Shown: positions 47,301 through 62,300 of the stretch, piece by piece | Numbering within the stretch: the stretch's first letter is position 1 | Layout of the letters: every line of letters begins with the position of its first letter | Origin: Vicinamibacteria bacterium | GTDB taxonomy: Bacteria > Acidobacteriota > Vicinamibacteria > Marinacidobacterales > Marinacidobacteraceae | Assembly: GCA_963668695.2 (NCBI GenBank) | Contig: CAXXLQ010000004.1 | Location: 2,752,001 to 2,816,000 of the forward strand | DNA: 64,000 nt | Reading direction: 5' to 3' | Translations under genes and position numbers: made by a program | The notes under the pieces: generated by a model | The model's input: only the letters and a program-made list of their open reading frames with translations | Database searches by the model: none | Told to the model about the DNA's origin: nothing

Positions 47301-50300
47301 TGCTGGATGACAGTTCCGACGAAATGACGGAGCAATTCCAGGTGACGCTCAGCAATGCTGTCAACGCCGAGATCGACGACGACACCGCTGATGCCGAGAT
47401 CGAGGACGACGACGAGCCGCCCACCGCCTCCGTCAGGGGCGGAGCCGCTTACGAGACCAGCGGAGAACTTGGGTTCACCGTCAGTCTTTCGGCGCCGAGC
47501 AGTTTCGATGTCACCATGCGTTACGAGACGGTTGAGCTACCCGTGGACGATGGTGGGGCCACCGAGGGCACGGACTACGAGGCGACGGCCGGCGCCCTCA
47601 CCATCGCCCCCGGTGTGAGCGCCGTCAGAGTAAACGTCCCGATCCTGAGTGACAGCCTGCACGAACCGGACGAAACCGTGGGTCTGGCGTTGACCAGACC
47701 GACCAACGCCGTATTCGGCACGAACCAGGCAAACGCCATCGGAACGATCCAGGATGACGACGACCCGCCGAGGCTCACCGTGACCGGCGGGACGGCCACC
47801 GAGGCCGACGGAAGCATTCCCTTTACGTTCGAGCTTTCCGAAGTCAGCGGTCTCGCGGTGGTCGTGCCGTACGAAACGCAGGACGACACGGCCACCGCTG
47901 GGGCCGACTACCAGAGTTCTTCGGGTTCTCTGACGGTAGCCGCGGGCCAGACGCAGGAGACGCTCCGAGTGCCCCTCTACCGGGATGTGCTCACCGAACC
48001 GGACGAAACCTTCGGCTTGCTCGTGGACGAAGACACCTTGGTGGGGGCCACCTATCGGGAGGCTGTCTCCGATCCGGTTGCGACTATCCGGGACTCCCCC
48101 GGGCCCGGGCTCACCGTCGGTGACGCCATCGCGACCGAAGTATCCGGAACCATCCGCTTTCCGGTTGGCGTCCTCGGCACAAACGCGTCCGCAGTGACCG
48201 TTTCCTGGACGACCCGGGACGGGACCGCGGTCGCCGGATCGGACTACACGGCGGCGAGCGGAACCCTGACCATCCCCGCCGAAACGCGCGAAGCGGACAT
48301 TACGGTGACGCTGCTCACGGACCAGACAGCGGAGCGCGACGAGACGTTTTCGGTCGTTCTGAGCAATGCGTCCGGCGCTGCCCTCATTGATGCAACGGCC
48401 GTCGGCACCATAACCGAAGGCGCGCTTCCGGTGATGAACGTTGCAGCCGCTCAAGCGTCCGAGGGTGCCCCCTCGCTCACTTTCACGGTTTCCCTGAGCG
48501 AGGCAGGCACGAACGAAATTCGGGCCAACTATCGGACTTCGGAGGTCACGGCGACGGAGGACGAGGACTATACGGAGACCTCCGGGGTCCTGACCTTTGC
48601 ACCGAGCGACCTCAGCAAAGAGGTCATTGTGCCCATCCTCGCGGACTCCTTCGACGAAGCGGACGAGACTCTGCTGCTGACCCTGAGCGGGATCCGGAAC
48701 GCGACGCTGGGCGCGAGCCCGGCAACCGGGACGATCCAGGACGACGATGACGCGCCCACTGTCAGCATCTCGGACGCCGAAGCCACCGAGGGCGGAATTC
48801 TCACCTTCGAGGTGGGCCTGTCGGCGCCCAGCCGGAGGCAAGTCACGGTGGCGTACGAAACCATCGATGGCACCGCCAGCGAGCCGGACGACTACACCGC
48901 GGCGGAAGGAACGCTGACCTTCGCTCCCGGCGACACTGCGCGGCAGATTCGCGTGTCGCTCCAACAGGACTCAACGTACGAGCCGTCGGAAACCCTCTCG
49001 GTCGGTCTCAAGAGTCCGGTCAACGCGCCGGTACCCGGGGAAGAAGACGGGAGCGCCAAGGGGACCATCCTGGACGACGACGTACGCGCGGTGGTGGTCA
49101 ATCCCTCCGAACTCACCGTACCGGAGGGAGGCGAGCGCAGCTACACGGTCGTTTTGTCCACCCAACCCGCGGGGTCCGTGACGGTGGCGATCGCAGTGGA
49201 AGGCAACACCGATGTTTCCACCCACTCCTCCACCCTGACGTTCACGACACAGAACTGGAACACCGCGCAGGAGGTGATGGTTTCCGCAGCCGAAGATGGG
49301 GACCGCGAGTCGGAGACGGCGACGATCAGGCACATGGTCAGCGGCGCCGACTACGCAGCCGTCCAGGCGGATTCGGTAGCCGTCGAAGTCACGGACGGGG
49401 ACACCGCCTCTACCGTGATCGCGCTCAGCGTGGAACCGAAAACGGTCACCGAGAGCGGTGGCGCCCAGGCAGTGGTGGTGAAGGCTGCGCTGAACGGTGC
49501 GACCCTTCTCGCCTCGACGGTGGTGACGGTGACCGTTCAGGGGGATACCGCGACCGTTACCGACGACTTCGCCCCGGTGAGCGCCTTCAACCTGACGATT
49601 CCGGCGGAAGCGGCGGAAGCGACCCGGACCTTCACGCTCACCCCGGTGGACGATGACATTGACGAGGGAGAGAGCGAGACGGTATCGCTTACCGGCGCTA
49701 CTGCCACCCCAGGACTGACCGTGAGGGCGACGAAAGTGACGATCACCGACGACGACGAGCGCGGGGTGACGGTGCGGCCCAGGAGCCTCACGGTGGCCGA
49801 GAACTCGACCGGCCAGTACACCGTCGTGCTGGAGAGCGAGCCGACGGGCAACGTGACGGTCACCCTCGCGAAGTCCGGGAGCGACGCCGTCACCGTTCCC
49901 GCCACGCCGCTGACCTTCACGAGCTTGAATTGGGCGACGGCCCAGACGGTGACAGTGACGGCGGCGAGCGATGTCGACGCCGACAACGAGGAGGCAACGG
50001 TTGCGCACGCCGTGACCGGGGCGGACTACGCCGGGGAGCCGGCGGATTCGGTGCAGGTCACGGTTGCGGACGAGGGACGGCTCGCGACGACGATCGCGCT
50101 GTCGGCGGCTCCGAGCGTGTTGGACGAGGACGGCGGAGCGACGCCGGTGGTGATTACGGCGGCGCTTGACGGCGCGACGCGGACCGCGCCGATCGTGGTG
50201 ACGGTCGAGGTGGGCGCGGCCGCTGACAGAGCCACGGAGGGGACGGACTACGGGCCGGTGAGCGACTTCACGATGACGATCGCCAGCGGCGCGGTGTCCG

Positions 50301-53300
50301 GGGCAGGGACTTTCACCCTGACGCCAATGAACGATCTGGTAGCGGAAGGCGACGAAGTGATATCGGTCATCGGGACAACCACCGCGGTGGACCTGACGGT
50401 GACGGGGACGGCGGTAACGCTGGCGGATGACGACGAGTCATCGGGGCGGATCACCCTCTCGGCAAATCCGGATTCGGTATCCGAAGGCGGCTCCGCTACC
50501 GCGATCACCGTGATCGCGGCGCTCGACGGCGCGACACGGACGGAAGCTACGGCGGTGACCGTGTCGGTGGGCGTCGGGACGGACAGCGCGACCGAAGGTA
50601 TCGACTACCAGGTGGTTTCGGATTTCACCGTGACGATTCCCGCGACGATGAGCAGCGGTACGGCGACGTTCACGCTCACGCCCAATCAAGACCTGGTGGG
50701 AGAGGGCGACGAACGGATTTCGGTGGTTGGCGCTGCCGTCAGCTTCGCGGTAACCGGAGCGAGAGTGACGCTAACCGATGACGAGACGCTTGCTACCGGG
50801 GTCACGCTGTCAGCCTCGCACACGTCGGTGGGTGAGGATGACCAGCCGACGGTGGTGTCGGTGACGGCGACCCTGAACGACGCGACCCGGTCGACGGCGA
50901 CTGCGGTGACCGTTTCGGTAGGCGACCGGGGAGATGGCGCGACGGAGGGTTCGGACTACGCCCTGGTAGCCGACTTCACGGTAACGATCCCCCCGGCTAC
51001 GGCGAGCGGGACGGGGACGTTCACACTGGAACCCACTCAGGACACGCTGGGTGAGGGTGACGAGTCGATCTCGGTGGGGGGCAGGGCGACGGACCTGACC
51101 GTAACCGGGACGGCGATGATCCTGACGGACGCCGAGACGGTGTCGACGAGGGTAACGCTCTCGGTGGAGCCGGCGAGCGTGGGAGAGGAGGATTCGGCGA
51201 CGGACGTGGTGGTGACGGCAGAGCTGGACGAGGATTCACGGGGTTCGGCGACGGCAGTGACCGTCGCGGTGGGGAACGCGGGAGACGGTGCCACTGAGGG
51301 GACGGACTACCAGGTGGTGGGAGACCTGACGGTCATGATCCCAGCGGGGATGACCAGCGGGACGAGAACCTTCACGCTGACGCCCAGGGACGACGACCTG
51401 AATGAGGGGGACGAGGATATTTCCCTCGTCGGGACGACTACCGCGGCGGGCCTGAGCGTTACCGGCGCTCGGGTGACGATCACCGACGACGAATCGGCCC
51501 CGATGACAATCGCCCTGAGCGTGCAACCGCAGTCGGTCCCCGAGAACGGGGGCGCGCAGACCGTCACCGTGGTCGCGACATTATTGGACGGGGGCGCATT
51601 CGTGGCCGCGACCGTGGTGACGGTCGAGGTTGGCGACACCGGCGACGGCGCCACCGAAGGAACGGACTACGGCGCGGTGGGCAGCTTCTCATTGACCATC
51701 GCCGGGGGCGCGCGCCGCGGGACGGGAACATTCCGGCTAACACCTGTCGACGATCTGATCTACGAAGGGACGGAGAGCGTCTCGGTGAAGGGAACGACCA
51801 CGGTTCCCGGCATCACGGTCAATGGGACGGAACTGATGCTGGCCGACAGCGAGATCGAGAGCATGAAAGTCCTGCTCTCGGCCGATCCCGTGCGGGTGGG
51901 TGAGGAGGATTCGGCGACCGCGGTGATGGTGACAGCCGCGCTCGACGGGGGAGTGCTTTCGTCGCCGACCGCCGTCACGGTCCAGGTCGGGGCGGGGGGA
52001 GGTAGCGCGACGGAGGGGACGGACTACGCCACGGTTTCGGACTTCACGGTGACGATCGGGGCGGGTGCGACGAGCGGGACGGGGACGTTCACGCTGACGC
52101 CGACGCAGGACTCCCTGGGCGAGGGTGACGAAACGATATCGGTAGGCGGGAGTACCACGGTGGCGGAGCTGACCGTCAGGGGCACGGAACTTACCCTGGT
52201 CGACGACGAGACCTCCTCGACGGTGATCACCCTGTCGGCGAATCCCGCCGCTGTCGGAGAAGGGGATTCGGCCACCGCCGTCGCGGTGACGGCGGTGCTG
52301 AATGCCACCCCGCGCCAGCTGGCCACGGCGGTGACGGTCGCGGTGGGGGATACGGGGGACAGTGCGACGGAGGGGACGGACTACGCCACGGTGTCGGACT
52401 TCACGGTGACGATCGGGGCGGGCGCGACGAGCGGGACGGGGACGTTCACCTTGACGCCGACGCAGGACGCCCTGGGCGAGGGTGACGAGGCGATCTCCGT
52501 GGAGGGCTCGGCGACGGGACTGACGGTGACGGGGACATCGTTGACGCTGGAAGACGACGAGACGGTTTCCACGGAGGTGACGCTGTCGGTGAACCCGGCG
52601 AGCGTGGGAGAGGCGGACGGGGCGACGGCGGTGGTGGTGACGGCGGCGCTGGACGGGGGCGCTCTGGGCTCGGCGACGGAGGTGACGGTCGCGGTGGGGG
52701 CCGGAACGGACAGTGCGACGGAGGGGACGGACTACCAGGCGGTGTCGGACTTCACGGTGACGATCGGGGCGAACGCGCCGAGCGGGACCGGGACGTTCAC
52801 GCTGACGCCGACGCAGGACGCTTTGGGCGAGGGTGACGAGAGCATCACGGTGGGAGGGACGGCGACGGACCTGACGGTGACCGGTACGGCGTTGACGCTG
52901 ACGGACGACGAGACGGTTTCGACGGGGTTGACGCTGTCGGTGAACCCGGCGAGCGTGGGAGAAGCGGACGGTGCGACGGCGGTGGTGGTGACGGCGGCGC
53001 TGGACGGCGGCGCTCTGGGCTCGGCGACGGCGGTGACGGTCGCGGTCGCGGTGGGGGCCGGAACGGACAGTGCGACGGAGGGGACGGACTACCAGGCGGT
53101 GTCGGACTTCACGGTGACGATCGGGGCGGGTGCGACGAGCGGGACGGGGACGTTCACGCTGACGCCGACGCAGGACTCCCTGGGCGAGGGTGACGAGAGC
53201 ATCACGGTGGGAGGAACGGCGACGGACCTGACGGTGATGGGAACGTCGTTGACGCTGACGGACGACGAGACGGCTTCCACGGCGGTGACGCTGTCGGTGA

Positions 53301-56300
53301 ACCCGGCGAGCGTGGGAGAGGCGGACGGTGCGACGGCGGTGGTGGTGACGGCGGCGCTGAATGCCACCCCGCGCCAGCTGGCCACGGCGGTGACGGTCGC
53401 GGTGGGTGCCGCGGGGGACAGTGCGACGGAGGGGACGGACTACGCCACGGTGTCGGACTTCACGGTGACGATCGGGGCGGGCGCGACGAGCGGGACGGGG
53501 ACGTTCACGCTGACGCCGACGCAGGACTCCCTGGGCGAGGGTGACGAGAGCATCACGGTGGGAGGAACGGCGACGGGGTTGACGGTGACGGGGTTGACGG
53601 TGACGGGGACATCGTTGACGCTGACGGACGACGAGACGGCTTCCACGGCGGTGACGCTGTCGGTGAACCCGGCGAGCGTGGGAGAGGCGGACGGGGCGAC
53701 GGCGGTGGTGGTGACGGCGGCGCTGAATGCCACCCCGCGCCAGCTGGCCACGGCGGTGACGGTCGCGGTGGGGGCCGAAACGGACAGTGCGACGGAGGGG
53801 ACGGACTACCAGGCGGTGTCGGACTTCACGGTGACGATCGGGGCGGGTGCGACGAGCGGGACGGGGACGTTCACGCTGACGCCGACGCAGGACTCCCTGG
53901 GCGAGGGTGACGAGAGCATCACGGTGGGAGGAACGGCGACGGACCTGACGGTGATGGGAACGTCGTTGACGCTGACGGACGACGAGACGGCTTCCACGGC
54001 GGTGACGCTGTCGGTGAACCCGGCGAGCGTGGGAGAGGCGGACGGTGCGACGGCGGTGGTGGTGACGGCGGCGCTGAATGCCACCCCGCGCCAGCTGGCC
54101 ACGGCGGTGACGGTCGCGGTGGGGGCCGGAGGGGACGGCGCGACGGAGGGGACGGACTACCAGGCGGTGTCGGACTTCACGGTGACGATCGGGGCGGGCG
54201 CGACGAGCGGGACGGGGACGTTCACGCTGACGCCGACGCAGGACTCCCTGGGCGAGGGTGACGAGAGCATCACGGTGGGAGGAACGGCGACGGACCTGAC
54301 GGTGAGGGGAACGTCGTTGACGCTGACGGACGACGAGACGGCTTCCACGGCGGTGACGCTGTCGGTGAACCCGGCGAGCGTGGGAGAGGCGGACGGGCGA
54401 CGGCGGTGGTGGTGACGGCGGCGCTGAATGCCACCCCGCGCCAGCTGGCCACGGCGGTGACGGTCGCGGTGGGGGACGGAGGGGACAGTGCGACGGAGGG
54501 GACGGACTACGCCACGGTGTCGGACTTCACGGTGACGATCGGGGCGGGTGCGACGAGCGGGACGGGGACGTTCACGCTGACGCCGACGCAGGACTCCCTG
54601 GGCGAGGGTGACGAGAGCATCACGGTGGGAGGAACGGCGACGGGGTTGACCTGACGGTGACGGGGACGTCGTTGACGCTGACGGACGACGAGACGGCTTC
54701 CACGGCGGTGACGCTGTCGGTGAACCCGGCGAGCGTGGGAGAGGCGGACGGGGCGACGGCGGTGGTGGTGACGGCGGCGCTGAATGCCACCCCGCGCCAG
54801 CTGGCCACGGCGGTGACGGTCGCGGTGGGGGCCGAAACGGACAGTGCGACGGAGGGGACGGACTACCAGGCGGTGTCGGACTTCACGGTGACGATCGGGG
54901 CGGGTGCGACGAGCGGGACGGGGACGTTCACGCTGACGCCGACGCAGGACTCCCTGGGCGAGGGTGACGAGAGCATCACGGTGGGAGGAACGGCGACGGA
55001 CCTGACGGTGATGGGAACGTCGTTGACGCTGACGGACGACGAGACGGCTTCCACGGCGGTGACGCTGTCGGTGAACCCGGCGAGCGTGGGAGAGGCGGAC
55101 GGTGCGACGGCGGTGGTGGTGACGGCGGCGCTGAATGCCACCCCGCGCCAGCTGGCCACGGCGGTGACGGTCGCGGTGGGGGCCGGAGGGGACGGCGCGA
55201 CGGAGGGGACGGACTACCAGGCGGTGTCGGACTTCACGGTGACGATCGGGGCGGGCGCGACGAGCGGGACGGGGACGTTCACGCTGACGCCGACGCAGGA
55301 CTCCCTGGGCGAGGGTGACGAGAGCATCACGGTGGGAGGAACGGCGACGGACCTGACGGTGATGGGAACGTCGTTGACGCTGACGGACGACGAGACGGCT
55401 TCCACGGCGGTGACGCTGTCGGTGAACCCGGCGAGCGTGGGAGAGGCGGACGGTGCGACGGCGGTGGTGGTGACGGCGGCGCTGAATGCCACCCCGCGCC
55501 AGCTGGCCACGGCGGTGACGGTCGCGGTGGGGGCCGAAACGGACAGTGCGACGGAGGGGACGGACTACGCCACGGTGTCGGACTTCACGGTGACGATTGG
55601 GGCGGGTGCGACGAGCGGGACGGGGACGTTCACGCTGACGCCGACGCAGGACTCCCTGGGCGAGGGTGACGAGAGCATCACGGTGGGAGGAACGGCGACG
55701 GGGTTGACGGTGACGGGGTTGACGGTGACGGGGACATCGTTGACGCTGACGGACGACGAGACGGCTTCCACGGCGGTGACGCTGTCGGTGAACCCGGCGA
55801 GCGTGGGAGAGGCGGACGGGGCGACGGCGGTGGTGGTGACGGCGGCGCTGAATGCCACCCCGCGCCAGCTGGCCACGGCGGTGACGGTCGCGGTGGGGGA
55901 CGCGGGGGACGGCGCGATGGAGGGGACGGACTACGCCACGGTGTCGGACTTCACGGTGACGATCGGGGCGGGTGCGACGAGCGGGACGGGGACGTTCACG
56001 CTGACGCCGACGCAGGACTCCCTGGGCGAGGGTGACGAAACGATATCGGTAGGCGGGAGTACCACGGTGGCGGAGCTGACCGTCAGGGGCACGGAACTTA
56101 CCCTGGTCGACGACGAGACCTCCTCGACGGTGATCACCCTGTCGGCGAATCCCGCCGCTGTCGGAGAAGGGGATTCGGCCACCGCCGTCGCGGTGACGGC
56201 GGTGCTGAATGCCACCCCGCGCCAGCTGGCCACGGCGGTGACGGTCGCGGTGGGGGCCGAAACGGACAGTGCGACGGAGGGGACGGACTACGCCACGGTG

Positions 56301-59300
56301 TCGGACTTCACGGTGACGATCGGTGCGGGTGCGACGAGCGGGACGGGGACGTTCACGCTGACGCCGACGCAGGACTCCCTGGGCGAGGGTGACGAGAGCA
56401 TCACGGTGGGAGGAACGGCGACGGGGTTGACGGTGACGGGGTTGACGGTGACGGGGACATCGTTGACGCTGACGGACGACGAGACGGCTTCCACGGCGGT
56501 GACGCTGTCGGTGAACCCGGCGAGCGTGGGAGAGGCGGACGGGGCGACGGCGGTGGTGGTGACGGCGGCGCTGAATGCCACCCCGCGCCAGCTGGCCACG
56601 GCGGTGACGGTCGCGGTGGGGGCCGAAACGGACAGTGCGACGGAGGGGACGGACTACCAGGCGGTGTCGGACTTCACGGTGACGATCGGGGCGGGCGCGA
56701 CGAGCGGGACGGGGACGTTCACGCTGACGCCGACGCAGGACTTACTGGTCGAGGGTGACGAGACGATCTCGGTGAAGGGGACGGCGACGGGGCTGACGGT
56801 GACGGGTGCGTCGTTGACGCTGGAAGACGAGGAGACGGCCTCCACGGAGGTGACGCTGTCGGTGAACCCGGCGAGCGTGGGAGAGGCGGACGGTGCGACG
56901 GCGGTGGTGGTGACGGCGGCGCTGGACGGTGCGGCGCTGGGCTCGGCGACGGCGGTGACGGTCGCGGTGGGGGCCGGAACGGACAGTGCGACGGAGGGAA
57001 CGGACTACCAGGCGGTGTCGGACTTCACGGTGACGATCGGTGCGGATGCGACGAGCGGGACGGGGACGTTCACGTTGACGCCGACGCAGGACTTAGTGAG
57101 CGAGGGTGACGAGGCGATTTCGGTCGAGGGGACGACGACGATCCCGGGCCTGGTGGTGACCGGTACGGCGTTGACGCTGACGGACAACGAGACGATTTCG
57201 ACGGGGTTGACGCTGTCGGTGAACCCGACGAGCGTGGGAGAGGCGGACGGGGCGACGGCGGTGGTGGTGACGGCGGCGCTGCACGGGGGCGCCCGGGGGG
57301 AGGCGACGGCGGTGACAGTCGCGGTGGGAGACACGGGGGACAGTGCGACGGAGGGGACGGACTACGCCACGGTGTCGAACTTCACGGTGACGATCGGGGC
57401 GAACGCGACGAGCGGGACCGGGACGTTCACCTTGACGCCGACGCAGGACTTACTGGTCGAGGGTGACGAGACGATCTCGGTGAAGGGGACGGCGACGGGG
57501 CTGACGGTGACGGGTGCGTCGTTGACGCTGACGGACGACGAGACGGTTTCGACGGGGTTGACGCTGTCGGTGAACCCGGCGAGCGTGGGAGAGGCGGACG
57601 GGGCGACGGCGGTGGTGGTGACGGCGGCGCTGCACGGCGCGGCGCGGGGATCGGCGACGGCGGTGACAGTCGCGGTGGGAGACACGGGGGACAGTGCGAC
57701 GGAGGGGACGGACTACGCGACGGTTTCGGACTTCACGGTGACGATCGGGGCGAACGCGACGAGCGGGACCGGGACGTTCACCTTGACGCCGACGCAGGAC
57801 TTACTGGTCGAGGGCGACGAGACGATCTCGGTGAAGGGGACGGCGACGGGGCTGACGGTGACGGGTGCGTCGTTGACGCTGACGGACGACGAGACGGTTT
57901 CGACGGGGTTGACGCTGTCGGTGAACCCGGCGAGCGTGGGAGAGGCGGACGGGGCGACGGCGGTGGTGGTGACGGCGGCGCTGCACGGGGGCGCCCGGGG
58001 GGAGGCGACGGCGGTGACAGTCGCGGTGGGAGACACGGGGGACAGTGCGACGGAGGGGACGGACTACGCCACGGTGTCGAACTTCACGGTGACGATCGGG
58101 GCGAACGCGACGAGCGGGACCGGGACGTTCACCTTGACGCCGACGCAGGACTTACTGGTCGAGGGTGACGAGACGATCTCGGTGAAGGGGACGGCGACGG
58201 GGCTGACGGTGACGGGTGCGTCGTTGACGCTGACGGACGACGAGACGGTTTCGACGGGGTTGACGCTGTCGGTGAACCCGGCGAGCGTGGGAGAGGCGGA
58301 CGGGGCGACGGCGGTGGTGGTGACGGCGGCGCTGCACGGCGCGGCGCGGGGATCGGCGACGGCGGTGACAGTCGCGGTGGGAGACACGGGGGACAGTGCG
58401 ACGGAGGGGACGGACTACGCGACGGTGTCGGACTTCACGGTGACGATCGGGGCGAACGCGACGAGCGGGACCGGGACGTTCACCTTGACGCCGACGCAGG
58501 ACTTACTGGTCGAGGGCGACGAGACGATCTCGGTGAAGGGGACGGCGACGGGGCTGACGGTGACGGGTGCGTCGTTGACGCTGACGGACGACGAGACGGT
58601 TTCGACGGGGTTGACGCTGTCGGTGAACCCGGCGAGCGTGGGAGAGGCGGACGGGGCGACGGCGGTGGTGGTGACGGCGGCGCTGCACGGCGCGGCGCGG
58701 GGATCGGCGACGGCGGTGACAGTCGCGGTGGGAGACACGGGGGACAGTGCGACGGAGGGGACGGACTACGCCACGGTGTCGGACTTCACGGTGACGATCG
58801 GGGCGAACGCGACGAGCGGGACCGGGACGTTCACCTTGACGCCGACGCAGGACTTACTGGTCGAGGGCGACGAGACGATCTCGGTGAAGGGGACGGCGAC
58901 GGGGCTGACGGTGACGGGTGCGTCGTTGACGCTGACGGACGACGAGACGGCCTCGACGGGGGTGACGCTGTCGGTGAACCCGGCGAGCGTGGGAGAGGCG
59001 GACGGGGCGACGGCGGTGGTGGTGACGGCGGCGCTGGACGGGGGCGCCCGGGGCTCGGCGACGGCGGTGACGGTCGCGGTGGGGGACGGGGGGGACAGTG
59101 CGACGGAGGGGACGGACTACGCCACGGTGTCGGACTTCACGGTGACGATCGGGGCGAACGCGACGAGCGGGACCGGGACGTTCACCTTGACGCCGACGCA
59201 GGACTTACTGGTCGAGGGCGACGAGACGATCTCGGTGAAGGGGACGGCGACGGGGCTGACGGTGACGGGTGCGTCGTTGACGCTGGAAGACGACGAGACG

Positions 59301-62300
59301 GCCTCCACGGGGGTGACGCTGTCGGTGAACCCGGCGAGCGTGGGAGAGGCGGACGGGGCGACGGCGGTGGTGGTGACGGCGGCGCTGGACGGGGGCGCCC
59401 GGGAGGAGGCGACGGCGGTGACGGTCGCGGTGGGCGACGGGGGGACAGTGCGACGGAGGGGACGGACTACGCCACGGTGTCGGACTTCACGGTGACGATC
59501 GGGGCGAACGCGACGAGCGGGACGGGGACGTTCACCTTGACGCCGACGCAGGACTTACTGGTCGAGGGTGACGAGACGATCTCGGTGAAGGGGACGGCGA
59601 CGGGGCTGACGGTGACGGGTGCGTCGTTGACGCTGACGGACGACGAGACGGTTTCGACGGGGTGACGCTGTCGGTGAACCCGGCGAGCGTGGGAGAGGCG
59701 GACGGGGCGACGGCGGTGGTGGTGACGGCGGCGCTGCACGGGGGCGCCCGGGGCTCGGCGACGGCGGTGACGGTCGCGGTGGGGGACGGGGGGGACAGTG
59801 CGACGGAGGGGACGGACTACGCCACGGTGTCGGACTTCACGGTGACGATCGGGGCGAACGCGACGAGCGGGACCGGGACGTTCACCTTGACGCCGACGCA
59901 GGACTTACTGGTCGAGGGTGACGAGACGATCTCGGTGAAGGGGACGGCGACGGGGCTGACGGTGACGGGTGCGTCGTTGACGCTGACGGACGACGAGACG
60001 GTTTCGACGGGGTGACGCTGTCGGTGAACCCGGCGAGCGTGGGAGAGGCGGACGGGGCGACGGCGGTGGTGGTGACGGCGGCGCTGCACGGGGGCGCCCG
60101 GGGCTCGGCGACGGCGGTGACGGTCGCGGTGGGGGACGGGGGGGACAGTGCGACGGAGGGGACGGACTACGCCACGGTGTCGGACTTCACGGTGACGATC
60201 GGGGCGAACGCGACGAGCGGGACCGGGACGTTCACCTTGACGCCGACGCAGGACTTACTGGTCGAGGGTGACGAGACGATCTCGGTGAAGGGGACGGCGA
60301 CGGGGCTGACGGTGACGGGTGCGTCGTTGACGCTGACGGACGACGAGACGGTTTCGACGGGGTTGACGCTGTCGGTGAACCCGGCGAGCGTGGGAGAGGC
60401 GGACGGGGCGACGGCGGTGGTGGTGACGGCGGCGCTGCACGGCGCGGCGCGGGGCTCGGCGACGGCGGTGACGGTCGCGGTGGGGGACGGGGGGGACAGT
60501 GCGACGGAGGGGACGGACTACGCCACGGTGTCGGACTTCACGGTGACGATCGGGGCGAACGCGACGAGCGGGACCGGGACGTTCACCTTGACGCCGACGC
60601 AGGACTTACTGGTCGAGGGAGACGAGACGATCTCGGTGAAGGGGACGGCGACGGGGCTGACGGTGACGGGGCGTCGTTGACGCTGACGGACGACGAGACG
60701 GCTTCGACGGCGGTGACGCTGTCGGTGAACCCGGCGAGCGTGGGAGAGGCGGACGGGGCGACGGCGGTGGTGGTGACGGCGGCGCTGGACGGGCGGCGCC
60801 CGGGGCTCGGCGACGGCGGTGACGGTCGCGGTGGGGGACGGGGGGGACAGTGCGACGGAGGGGACGGACTACGCGACGGTGTCGGACTTCACGGTGACGA
60901 TCGGTGCGAACGCGACGAGCGGGACGGGGACGTTCACCTTGACGCCGACGCAGGACGTGCTGGTCGAGGGAGACGAGACGATCTCGGTGGGAGGGACGGC
61001 GACGGGGCTGACGGTGACGGGGGCGTCGTTGACGCTGACGGACGACGAGACGGCTTCGACGGCGGTGACGCTGTCGGTGAACCCGGCGAGCGTGGGAGAG
61101 GCGGACGGGGCGACGGCGGTGGTGGTGACGGCGGCGCTGGACGGCGGCGCCCGGGGCTCGGCGACGGCGGTGACGGTCGCGGTGGGGGACGGGGGGGACA
61201 GTGCGACGGAGGGGACGGACTACGCCACGGTGTCGGACTTCACGGTGACGATCGGTGCGAACGCGACGAGCGGGACCGGGACGTTCACCTTGACGCCGAC
61301 GCAGGACTTACTGGTCGAGGGTGACGAGACGATCTCGGTGAAGGGGACGGCGACGGGGCTGACGGTGACGGGTGCGTCGTTGACGCTGACGGACGACGAG
61401 ACGGCTTCGACGGGGTGACGCTGTCGGTGAACCCGGCGAGCGTGGGAGAGGCGGACGGGGCGACGGCGGTGGTGGTGACGGCGGCGCTGACGGCGCGGCG
61501 CGGGGCTCGGCGACGGCGGTGACAGTCGCGGTGGGAGACACGGGGGACAGTGCGACGGAGGGGACGGACTACGCGACGGTGTCGGACTTCACGGTGACGA
61601 TCGGGGCGAACGCGACGAGCGGGACCGGGACGTTCACCTTGACGCCGACGCAGGACTTACTGGTCGAGGGCGACGAGACGATCTCGGTGAAGGGGACGGC
61701 GACGGGGCTGACGGTGACGGGTGCGTCGTTGACGCTGACGGACGACGAGACGGCCTCGACGGGGTGACGCTGTCGGTGAACCCGGCGAGCGTGGGAGAGG
61801 CGGACGGGGCGACGGCGGTGGTGGTGACGGCGGCGCTGCACGGGCGGCGCCCGGGGCTCGGCGACGGCGGTGACGGTCGCGGTGGGGACACGGGGGACAG
61901 TGCGACGGAGGGGACGGACTACGCCACGGTGTCGGACTTCACGGTGACGATCGGGGCGAACGCGACGAGCGGGACCGGGACGTTCACCTTGACGCCGACG
62001 CAGGACTTACTGGTCGAGGGTGACGAGACGATCTCGGTGAAGGGGACGGCGACGGGGCTGACGGTGACGGGTGCGTCGTTGACGCTGACGGACGACGAGA
62101 CGGTTTCGACGGGGTGACGCTGTCGGTGAACCCGGCGAGCGTGGGAGAGGCGGACGGGGCGACGGCGGTGGTGGTGACGGCGGCGCTGCACGGGCGGCGC
62201 CCGGGGCTCGGCGACGGCGGTGACAGTCGCGGTGGGAGACACGGGGGACAGTGCGACGGAGGGGACGGACTACGCCACGGTGTCGGACTTCACGGTGACG